Positions 28,618 through 36,337 of a stretch of DNA of 36,337 bases are shown in pieces. Made by a program: the position numbers and the translations under genes. The notes beneath the pieces were generated by a model. The model was not told the origin of the DNA. It saw only the letters and a list, made by a program, of their open reading frames with translations, and did no database searches. Origin of the DNA: Candidatus Sigynarchaeum calidifontis (GTDB lineage Archaea; Asgardarchaeota; Lokiarchaeia; Sigyniarchaeales; Sigyniarchaeaceae); assembly GCA_030587475.2 (NCBI GenBank), contig JAUQYZ020000050.1, positions 1 through 36,337 on the forward strand, in the 5' to 3' direction. Numbering within the stretch: the first letter of the stretch is position 1; the number at the start of each line of letters is the position of its first letter.

Positions 28618-29427
28618 ATGAAGATATCGTATTATGCTGCAAGGATCTTGATCGGCGCCACGACGGCTTGGATCGGCGCCGCCGTGGTGATCTGGCTCTT
28701 CGGTGAGCCCTGGTTCACCGGTTTCGACGAGTTAGTCTCGATATCTTTTGTCTCGTTGATGATCATCGCGTCTCTGGCCTTGGCAGGAATATTCTTGCTG
28801 CTCCTTGGCAGCACGTACAATTTTACCTCTACTATGGGAAAAGTTTGGATGTTACTCGGTATCGGCGTGTTCCTTTGGCTCGTTGGTGAATTCATCTTCT
28901 TCATGTACGATCTCCAGGGTATCGAACCGTTCCCGAGCATTGCTGATTACTTTTACTATGCTGCATATGGGCCAATAGCTGCAGGGTTGATTATACAAGT
29001 GCGTTTGCTCAAGGTGAAGCTCAAGGGGTTGGAAGCAACGATCATTGTCATCATTTCCGTGCTCTCGGGCCTGACGATTTCCTATTTTGTCCTGTGGCCC
29101 GCATTTGCATCCTTCATTGAGGCACCATATGACCCGATCGTTCTTATTGCCGGAACGATGTATACCGTCCTTGATATCGTGCTCCTGATTTTCGTGTATG
29201 TCGTGTCGGCAAAGCTTCGCCATGGCAAGATTAACGCAGCGTGGATCCTGGTCCTGGTCGGTCTCGTCATGACCACGGTTGCGGACAGCTTGTATTGGAT
29301 AGCAGATTTCAATGGTATTGACATTACTTTTAACTGGTATGATCTCGCATTCATTATAAGCTATTTATTAATCGTCATGGGTGCAATCAAGGGCATTAAC
29401 ATCATCTCCACCACCTTCTCCACGTGA
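28618..29427 (+). CDS. Polytopic (7-8 TM) membrane protein resembling stand-alone membrane sensor domains
   Basis: W..LGIG..LW..GE...Y......PFPSIADYFY...Y pattern and W.L...G......AD..Y...Y/WYDL, as seen in membrane sensor modules of kinases/cyclases. Confidence 0.7.
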   Translation: MKISYYAARILIGATTAWIGAAVVIWLFGEPWFTGFDELVSISFVSLMIIASLALAGIFLLLLGSTYNFTSTMGKVWMLLGIGVFLWLVGEFIFFMYDLQGIEPFPSIADYFYYAAYGPIAAGLIIQVRLLKVKLKGLEATIIVIISVLSGLTISYFVLWPAFASFIEAPYDPIVLIAGTMYTVLDIVLLIFVYVVSAKLRHGKINAAWILVLVGLVMTTVADSLYWIADFNGIDITFNWYDLAFIISYLLIVMGAIKGINIISTTFST

Positions 29428-29434
29428 ATTAGAA

Positions 29435-30124
29435 ATGGGATTGAACGGCTTCATCGTCATGGATGCGGGCGGGGCCCCCATCTACTGCAACGTGCACTAC
29501 ACGAAGCTGGCAGTGGAACCCACGCTCATCGCCGGCTTTCTTTCTGCGGTTCAAACGTTCGCTAAACAGCTGGTGTCCGATGCGGGCTCCGGGATCAGCG
29601 AAATGACCATGCAAAACATGAAGATCCTTTATCGGAACATTGAAAACTACAATTTTATCGGTTTGGTCGAATCGGACGATAGCTTGAAATCAGTCGAGCC
29701 GGTCATGGAACATCTCATTTGTATATTCCTAGGCAAGTTCCGGAACATCTTGCGCAGTGGTCAAATCCAAGACATTTCCCATTTCACCAGTTTCGACTTG
29801 TTTTTTGAAAAATGGCGGCTCGCGAAGGAGAAGGACCTGCAAAAAGTCATCGAGAATTCTTGCCCGACCGTGCTTCAAGGTACCCTGAACAAGCTGGTGA
29901 ACTTTTTCCCGGCCCCCGACCTGGTCAAGATCAACCCGGCCATCTTGAAAGGCATCGGCAAAAAGTTGATCTGGGTCGATTCACGCATCGATCAAGGGGA
30001 GGAAGACCGCATCATGTCCGAGTTGAAGAAGAAAACCGAGATAATTTATGGTCCCGGTACTTTCGAATCGGTCGAGCGGGAGGTCAAGAAAAACGTCGAG
30101 ACTGATAAGCTCTTGCACCCTTAA
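29435..30124 (+). CDS. Longin-like domain protein (Asgard eukaryotic-signature type) with additional C-terminal domain
   Basis: N-terminal FIVMDAGGAPIY...PTLIAGFLSAVQTFAKQL...ISEMTMQNMKILY...FIGLV...F..KF...DISHFTSFD matches the longin pattern. Starts 7 nt after the membrane gene. Confidence 0.75.
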   Translation: MGLNGFIVMDAGGAPIYCNVHYTKLAVEPTLIAGFLSAVQTFAKQLVSDAGSGISEMTMQNMKILYRNIENYNFIGLVESDDSLKSVEPVMEHLICIFLGKFRNILRSGQIQDISHFTSFDLFFEKWRLAKEKDLQKVIENSCPTVLQGTLNKLVNFFPAPDLVKINPAILKGIGKKLIWVDSRIDQGEEDRIMSELKKKTEIIYGPGTFESVEREVKKNVETDKLLHP

Positions 30125-30241
30125 ATACCAGATCTTCACGGCACGCTAGAAAAAAGTGGCGTTGATCCATGGACAATGGATATCTGAAAAGCGCGTGGAA
30201 GTAGCGAGAAATGAATTCGAATTAAAAAGCGTGGAATAAGC

Positions 30242-31870
30242 CTAACGGTTTCTGATACTGAATCCTTTTGCCTCCAAGCCCTTGAGCAGCTTGTAACAAA
30301 TGGAATCAGCCAAGGCGATCCACGATGCCCACAAGATGTTCTCCGACGCGCCGACCGTGGTCCATGTCTTCTCGCCGTCTCTCGTCTCGATGAGCACGCG
30401 TACCTTGGAACCCGTGCCAGACTGGTCCGTGATGCGCACCTTGTAGTCGCTGAGTGTTATGTCCTTTACCTCTGGATAGAAGTGCTCGAGTGACTTGCGA
30501 AGGGCGTTATCCAGCGCGTTGACAGGGCCATTACCCTCAGCCGCCGTGAGAAAGTCGCGGTCGTTGACGCGGACCTTGATGGTGGCCTCGGACCTGGGTT
30601 GACCGTCACCGTTGACTTCTGTAATGACCCGGAATCGTTCCAGCATGAAGAACTTGTTCTTGAGCCGGCCCGGGTTCGCGGGATCCTGTACAGTACCCTT
30701 CATGAGAAGCTCCAAGGATGCATCTGCCGATTCGTAGGCGAAACCTTCGTTCTGGAGAGCCTTGATATTGGCGAGTATCGCCTTTGCCTTCTCGTCCTCT
30801 TTCTCCAGGTCAATGCCAAGCTCCTTGGCTTTTTCAAAGATCGCTGCTTTGCCCGCGAGGTCTGAGATGCTGATCCGGCGCTCGTTGCCCACGAGGCTTG
30901 GATCGATATGCTCGTACGAGACGACGTCCTTCAAGATCGCGTCGGAGTGCATGCCTCCCTTGTGCGTGAATGCATTAGCACCAACGTATGGATGGCCGAC
31001 CTCCTCCTTCAAGTTCGCGACCTCGTATATGAACGTGGATATTTCCTTGAGACGCTTGAGCTGTTCGTTTGAGATCACGTCTGTGAAACCCATTTTAAGC
31101 TTGAGGTTCGGGATAAGCGTCGTCAAATTGCAGTTGCCACATCGTTCGCCAAGGCCGTTGATCGTGCCATGTACTTGAGACACCCCGTGCACCACGGCGA
31201 CGAGCGAGTTGGCTTGCGAGACCCCGGCGTCGTCGTGGCAGTGGATGCCGAGTGGTACCGCGATCTCTTTCCTTACCGCATCGATAATCTGCTCGATTTC
31301 ATGCGGGAGAACCCCCCCGTTCGTGTCACACAGCACGATCCAGTCCGCTTTCTCCTTCTGTGCTGCCTTGAGCACGTCCATTGCGTATTTCGGGTTCTGT
31401 TTATAGCCATCGAAGAAATGTTCGGCATCGAAGATGACCTCGCGACCCTGGGATTTCAAATACCGCGTGGAATCAGCGACCATGGCCAAGTTTTCTTCCA
31501 GGGTAGTTCGAAGGACATTCGTGACGTGACGATCCCAGGACTTGCCCACGATCGTCACCGCGGGCGTACCCGCTTTTAACAACGCCTTGATGGACGCGTC
31601 CTCCTCGACCTGGCAAGATGGACGCCGTGTCATGCCAAATGCCGTGATCCGTGCCCCGAGATCCATCGTGCTAAGTTGCCGGAACACCTGGTCATCCACC
31701 TTGTTGGATCCCGCGAATCCCGGCTCGATGTAATGTATCCCGAGTTTGTCAAGCTTCTCCACGATCTTGACCTTGTCCGAGGCGGAGAAGTTCACGTTTG
31801 CTTCTTGGGCCCCGTCACGGAGTGTTGTATCGTACAAGAAAACGCGGTACTGGCTCGATGCTGATGTCAT
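30242..31870 (-). CDS. cimA: Citramalate synthase (DRE-TIM, LeuA/CimA family)
   Basis: YDTTLRDGAQ, FDAEHFFDGYK, LCDTNGG, GIHCHDD, GERCGN, HKGGMH and AEGNGPVNALD motifs, with the LeuA-type regulatory domain. Confidence 0.9.
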   Translation of the reverse strand: MTSASSQYRVFLYDTTLRDGAQEANVNFSASDKVKIVEKLDKLGIHYIEPGFAGSNKVDDQVFRQLSTMDLGARITAFGMTRRPSCQVEEDASIKALLKAGTPAVTIVGKSWDRHVTNVLRTTLEENLAMVADSTRYLKSQGREVIFDAEHFFDGYKQNPKYAMDVLKAAQKEKADWIVLCDTNGGVLPHEIEQIIDAVRKEIAVPLGIHCHDDAGVSQANSLVAVVHGVSQVHGTINGLGERCGNCNLTTLIPNLKLKMGFTDVISNEQLKRLKEISTFIYEVANLKEEVGHPYVGANAFTHKGGMHSDAILKDVVSYEHIDPSLVGNERRISISDLAGKAAIFEKAKELGIDLEKEDEKAKAILANIKALQNEGFAYESADASLELLMKGTVQDPANPGRLKNKFFMLERFRVITEVNGDGQPRSEATIKVRVNDRDFLTAAEGNGPVNALDNALRKSLEHFYPEVKDITLSDYKVRITDQSGTGSKVRVLIETRDGEKTWTTVGASENILWASWIALADSICYKLLKGLEAKGFSIRNR

Positions 31871-31946
31871 GTTCATTACCACGTGACAACTAAATAATCG
31901 AGCCCTTTTATGCCATGTCGTTCATCGCTAGTTTCCAGGTGCCCCA

Positions 31947-33215
31947 TCACGACAAGAACGAGGCGATTATGAGGGCCATGGTGATCGAGAAAAAAAGAAT
32001 CGCGGACGACGTGATAGCTGCCTCGCGAGTGATGGTGGTGAAGCCTTTTGTGAATGTATAAAGCATGTCCATGTTCCGGAAGACTGATGTCGCGGCAACG
32101 ATTCCCTTACCCGCGGAAATGGGCGCGAACTTTCGCATTCTTACACACGACGCCGCGAGCAGCTGTTTGACAGCCGAGGGTTTTGCATCCGGCTTTGCCG
32201 ACAAGATCGCGGCGACCAGGCCCGTTAGAATCGCAACGGAAACAGAATTTCCCGTGAAAGCCGCGTAATACTCGTTCTCATCAAGGATCGAATCCTTCCA
32301 CGAGCTTTTTTCCACGTTCAAGGACACGACATGTTCACAAGGCAAGCAGAATTCCGGCTTGATGGACGTACTTTTTGGATTCCCACGACCGCTGAATACC
32401 GAGACCTTGAAGTTTATTGACGTGGAACCCGTCGTGAGCACGCATTCGAAACATCCCGGCATGCCGATCGTTCCTTGCAGCGGGCCATGATTGCCAGCCC
32501 CGCAGCAAAAAAACGTGGAGCGGGTCTCGGAGAGCACGCGCAGGTAGCACTCGAAAATGGTCGATGAGACAACCCCTGGACGTGAACTGAACGGCATGCA
32601 TATTATCTTGATCCCGTTCCCCACGGCATCGTCAATCGCGGCAAGAACGTCTCCAAGCAAGCCCCGGCCATTCTTGTCGAACGCGACGCAATCCATGATG
32701 CTTACCTTGCGCGCCATTCCCTTGAAGCGGCCCCGAGACATTGCCCCCGACCCGCAGATGATGCCGGCGATCGAAGTCCCATGGCCAGCATCGAGGCCAC
32801 GTGCGGTATCGAGGTACTCTTTCCTCTTGATCTCGCGTCCCGCGAGGTCCGGATGGGCGGCGTCGATACCCCCATCGATAATCGCGATGGTCAGGCCATC
32901 CCCTTGGAATGGCCCATAGATCGACGAGTTGATCACGTCCATGTCAAGAATCGAACTCGCCGAAACACGTGACAAGAATAATTCTGTCTCTCGCTCCTTG
33001 GATTCGATCCCCGTCCTCTCGGCTAGGGCCGCATCGAGAGCATTCTCATCCAGCGGGCCCGTTTCCGCTTCTAATATAATGATAGGCGCAAGAACAAGCT
33101 TGTGCACCACGTGGAATTGGGTCTTGCCATCTTTTTCGGCTTCATCATTCTTGCAATGTCTCGCAACGAAGGTAGCCATGTCCTCGTTGGTCTTGAATTG
33201 AGCGATGATGCGCAC
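31947..33215 (-). CDS. S8 (subtilisin-like) serine peptidase with C-terminal TM helix
   Basis: IAIIDGGID (Asp), GHGTSIAGII (His), AGNHG (oxyanion Asn) and TGNSVS (Ser; canonical GTSMA). Probable GTG start at 33215. Confidence 0.82.
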   Translation of the reverse strand: MRIIAQFKTNEDMATFVARHCKNDEAEKDGKTQFHVVHKLVLAPIIILEAETGPLDENALDAALAERTGIESKERETELFLSRVSASSILDMDVINSSIYGPFQGDGLTIAIIDGGIDAAHPDLAGREIKRKEYLDTARGLDAGHGTSIAGIICGSGAMSRGRFKGMARKVSIMDCVAFDKNGRGLLGDVLAAIDDAVGNGIKIICMPFSSRPGVVSSTIFECYLRVLSETRSTFFCCGAGNHGPLQGTIGMPGCFECVLTTGSTSINFKVSVFSGRGNPKSTSIKPEFCLPCEHVVSLNVEKSSWKDSILDENEYYAAFTGNSVSVAILTGLVAAILSAKPDAKPSAVKQLLAASCVRMRKFAPISAGKGIVAATSVFRNMDMLYTFTKGFTTITREAAITSSAILFFSITMALIIASFLS

Positions 33216-33316
33216 GAGGATCCTAACGAGCCAGCACGATATATAATTGTTGCCCGGGCTCCGATAATTCCATCTGGCAATTGTTATATCGCCGTGCCTC
33301 GTGTCCTGGTTTGACC

Positions 33317-34516
33317 ATGGATCCATCTGAATTCGAATTAAAGGTCGAGGTGCTCTTCAAGGGTTTAAAGGTAAAGGTAAATGCAAAGGCATCTCCACCC
33401 CCGATCAACGATGGCTCGGCAAGCGGCGCAACGATCGACAGCGTCTCACGCAAAGGCGGGGCGGGGCCAGCTGGAGGCATGTTCGTGACGTACGATGACA
33501 AGTTCCAAGTGAACGTGCCGATGCAAGGCCAGATGACTCGCGACTCTGATTTGATCATCACGGAAATTCCCTTATCTGGAAATTTCGACGTGTTCAAGGA
33601 ATCAAGTGCTGGAATACTGGATCCATACAAGCGCTTCTGGAAAATACCAGCGCCGTCGTTTTACGAAGACATGTACATGCCGAAGGATCGTCTCGGCATC
33701 GGCAGTGGCATCAAGTTTCGCAAGATCGCCCTTGTCCACGGCACCGATTGCGTCGCCACGACCATCAACCAGTCGTGCAAGTACTGGCGCTGCGGCACGC
33801 AATGCGACTTCTGCGCCATCGAGGAATCCTTGAGAGACGACCAGACCTTGTCGAGAAAGGACCCGGATGCCCTCGTCGCCTTCACCGAGAAAGCCCGTGC
33901 GGAGAAGCGCGTGAAACACTTCACGCTCACGTCGGGAACGCAAGATAGGCCAGATGGCGGTGCCCTGGAATACGTGCCGTTCGTCGATGCATTGAAACAC
34001 AATTTCAAGTACCCCGTGCACGTGCAAATCGCCCCGGTCAACAAGATGGAGTACTTGGACAAGCTGTACTATGCCGGGGCTGACAACATCGGGATCCACA
34101 TCGAGACCTTTCCCGATGCGAATCGCCGGTTGCACACGCCCGGCAAGAGCGAGATCCCCCTCGCGGCGTTCGAGAAGAATTGGGACTACGCGGTGACCCT
34201 TTTCGGCGAAAACCAGGTCGAATCATACTTGCTTGTTGGCCTGGGAGAAACGTTACCGGATTTCAAGACGGCGGTTGACCTGCTCGTGAATCACGAAGTG
34301 ATACCCCTCGTTGTCCCGGCGCGGCCTATAATCAACACGAGCTTCGAGAAGAACAAGCTCGCGGGGCATGAAGAGCTTGTCCAGCGGTATATTTACGCCG
34401 CAAAGCGTTTGCACGAGCAAGGATTGAAGCCAGAGAAGGCAATCGCGGGCTGCGTGAGATGCGGCGCGTGCAGTGCCATCAAGGAGGCAGTGCGGGTCGT
34501 TCAACATTATCTGTAG
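33317..34516 (+). CDS. Radical SAM protein (MSMEG_0568-like / biotin synthase-related)
   Basis: RKGGAGPAGG, IALVHGTDCVATTINQSCKYWRCGTQCDFC and C-terminal GCVRCGACSA motifs. Confidence 0.85.
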   Translation: MDPSEFELKVEVLFKGLKVKVNAKASPPPINDGSASGATIDSVSRKGGAGPAGGMFVTYDDKFQVNVPMQGQMTRDSDLIITEIPLSGNFDVFKESSAGILDPYKRFWKIPAPSFYEDMYMPKDRLGIGSGIKFRKIALVHGTDCVATTINQSCKYWRCGTQCDFCAIEESLRDDQTLSRKDPDALVAFTEKARAEKRVKHFTLTSGTQDRPDGGALEYVPFVDALKHNFKYPVHVQIAPVNKMEYLDKLYYAGADNIGIHIETFPDANRRLHTPGKSEIPLAAFEKNWDYAVTLFGENQVESYLLVGLGETLPDFKTAVDLLVNHEVIPLVVPARPIINTSFEKNKLAGHEELVQRYIYAAKRLHEQGLKPEKAIAGCVRCGACSAIKEAVRVVQHYL

Positions 34517-34551
34517 CAATTTTTAAGTTTATTCCCGCGAATGTAGGACTC

Positions 34552-35334
34552 ATGCCAAAAAACATACTCTCTTGCCGCGTCGGCTCGTACGGCCCGTTCG
34601 CGATGCACGCGTACGAACATCTTGCAGAGATCGGCGTGCATTTCATCGAGACGGGTTTACCACAAGGTTCCGAGGCGATCGAGCTCCTCAAGGACATGCT
34701 AGGCGAGTTCAAGATCCAGGTGGCGAGCTTCCAAGTCGGTTTCGACCCGCTCGGCAAGGATTTCCAGAAACAGATAGACGAGGCCATCGCGGCGTGCGAT
34801 GCATTCGGGACCAAGGTCATCTTCACGTCGATAAAGGGTGAAAAAGGTGGTGCCAAGAAAAACGAGAAATTGTTCGCGCAGCTGCGCGTCCTTGGCGACC
34901 AGGTTAAACCAAAGGGCATCAAAGTGTGCCTGGAGACGCACCCCGAGCTCGTGCTCAATGGCAAGGTCGGAAAGGCGACGATGGAGGCCATAAACCACGA
35001 CGCTATCCGCATGAACTTCGATACCGCCAACATGTATTATTACAACAAGGGAATCGACTCGTCGGTCGAGCTGGATCACTTAATCAAGTACGTGGGCAGC
35101 GTGCACTTGAAGGAGACAGATGGCAAATTCCATTCGTGGTGCTTTCCGGCGCTCGGCGACAAGCGAGGGGTCGTGAAATTCCCCGTGATCGTTAAGAAAC
35201 TGAACGATGCTGGCTTTTTTGGCCCATGGACGATGGAAATCGAAGGCGTCAAGGGTGAAAAGCTGACTCTCGAGCTCGCGAAGAAACGCGTGGCGGATTC
35301 GGTTGCGTACCTTAGAACAATCGGGGACTTCTGA
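34552..35334 (+). CDS. Sugar phosphate isomerase/epimerase (AP-endonuclease-2 / xylose isomerase-like TIM barrel)
   Basis: LETH, NFDTAN, VHLKE and MEIE metal-binding motifs. Confidence 0.88.
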   Translation: MPKNILSCRVGSYGPFAMHAYEHLAEIGVHFIETGLPQGSEAIELLKDMLGEFKIQVASFQVGFDPLGKDFQKQIDEAIAACDAFGTKVIFTSIKGEKGGAKKNEKLFAQLRVLGDQVKPKGIKVCLETHPELVLNGKVGKATMEAINHDAIRMNFDTANMYYYNKGIDSSVELDHLIKYVGSVHLKETDGKFHSWCFPALGDKRGVVKFPVIVKKLNDAGFFGPWTMEIEGVKGEKLTLELAKKRVADSVAYLRTIGDF

Positions 35335-35373
35335 TTCATCTTCCTTTTTTTGCACGCTTGCATTAATTCTCCC

Positions 35374-36234
35374 ATGAGACTTGGTTTTTCATCAATGGCG
35401 CTGGAAGAAGAGATGCTCTTCAAGCGGGGGCCATTCCCGACCGAGCGTGCCCTGCTCGATGCCATGCTCGATTGGGTGCGCAAATCGCTGGAATTCGGAG
35501 AGGAGAACGCCTTCGATTTCGTCGAGCTCATCATCGAGAGCCCGCTGATCGACAATGACGAGAACCTGGCCGAATTGCGCGATGCAATCGAGTCGTTCAA
35601 GATCCCCGTGAACTTCCACGCGCCCTTTATCAACAATAACATAATTGATTTTGCTTATCAGCTGCGGGATGGCTCGATCCGCGAGTACGAGATCGTGGTC
35701 GATTTTGCCCGGTCGATCAAGCGACCCCCTACCACGATCACCATCCACCCGGGGCGGCAGCAATCGTTCCTGTTGCCGATCTGGGGAAGCTTGCGGGAGG
35801 TATACTTCGAGCAAGCCATGCGGCGGCTTGGAAACCGAAAGCGGCCCGCGCAAACGAGCTTGTGCGTGGAGCAGCTGCCCATGAACTCCAATTTTTTCAA
35901 CAAGATCGACGACATCGTCGCCATCGCTGCGAAGGATTACTTCAAGCAATTCCGGCTCACGTTGGACACGTCGCACATGTGGATATGCGAGGACTTGCCG
36001 GGCTTCGATCGTTATTTCAATCTACTCGGGCCATCGATCGCCAACATGCATTTCGTCGATAATAAAACGAAGGATAACGATCCGCACGTGCCGGTCGGCA
36101 AGGGTGTCATCGATTTTGCCGAGATCGCGCGGTGCATGAAAAAGTACAGGTATGACAAGGACATCACGATCGAGCACGGGGGCACCGTGGAGCTGCTGCA
36201 AGCTCGCGACTTCGTGAGGTCCTTGCTGAAATAG
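35374..36234 (+). CDS. Sugar phosphate isomerase/epimerase family TIM-barrel protein
   Basis: HAPF, TIHPG, VEQL, LDTSH, MHFVDN, DPHVPVGKGVIDF and TIEH motifs. Confidence 0.85.
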   Translation: MRLGFSSMALEEEMLFKRGPFPTERALLDAMLDWVRKSLEFGEENAFDFVELIIESPLIDNDENLAELRDAIESFKIPVNFHAPFINNNIIDFAYQLRDGSIREYEIVVDFARSIKRPPTTITIHPGRQQSFLLPIWGSLREVYFEQAMRRLGNRKRPAQTSLCVEQLPMNSNFFNKIDDIVAIAAKDYFKQFRLTLDTSHMWICEDLPGFDRYFNLLGPSIANMHFVDNKTKDNDPHVPVGKGVIDFAEIARCMKKYRYDKDITIEHGGTVELLQARDFVRSLLK

Positions 36235-36246
36235 GATGACGTCGTG

Positions 36247-36263
36247 TTTTCCTTTTTTTTTTT
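36247..36263 (+). terminator. Oligo-T archaeal terminator
   Basis: TTTTCCTTTTTTTTTTT directly after the last CDS. Similar T-tracts follow lpdA (865-890), the SECIS (8850-8855) and the gene ending at 35334. Confidence 0.45.
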
Positions 36264-36337
36264 ACACGCGCAAATCGATCGATGCAATAACCCCGCCGAG
36301 ATTTATGGCAACCATCACCAAGCTACCGAACTTGATG

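Noticed and set aside
1-36337. Numerous antisense and overlapping ORFs in the six-frame track; CRISPR, tRNA, rRNA, IS elements
   Set aside because: The antisense ORFs are shadows of GC3-rich genes with no motifs. No regularly spaced repeats, cloverleafs, rRNA-like sequence or transposase motifs were recognised by eye.

Overview
Archaeal chromosomal window, most consistent with an Asgard archaeon of the Lokiarchaeia group. This is inferred from an archaeal TBP, ribosomal protein eS1/S3Ae, a longin-domain protein, a beta-helix/Ig-repeat surface protein and a eukaryote-type SECIS. It holds about 33 CDSs, mostly housekeeping and metabolic: lpdA (partial), two radical SAM enzymes, a DegT aminotransferase, tbp, thioredoxin, rps3ae, iscS, GH130, acs, cimA, an S8 protease, a VapBC-type TA pair and sugar isomerases/oxidoreductase. 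Three things are not visible in the ORF track. (1) A UGA-readthrough selenoprotein candidate (8455-8769, Sec36 in YRS-U-SGAVC, HesB-like) is followed immediately by a eukaryote-like AUGA/AAA/GA SECIS hairpin. It heads a putative operon with thioredoxin and a Cys-containing HTH regulator, and has a palindromic operator in its promoter. (2) Two back-to-back fluoride (crcB-class) riboswitches form the ends of a ~470-bp degenerate palindrome and lead an MFS transporter and a truncated P-type ATPase, with no crcB/eriC in the window. (3) A multi-TM sensor-like gene is tightly coupled to a longin-domain gene. No tRNA, rRNA, CRISPR array or transposase was recognised. All family assignments come from motif recognition by eye; no database searches were run.
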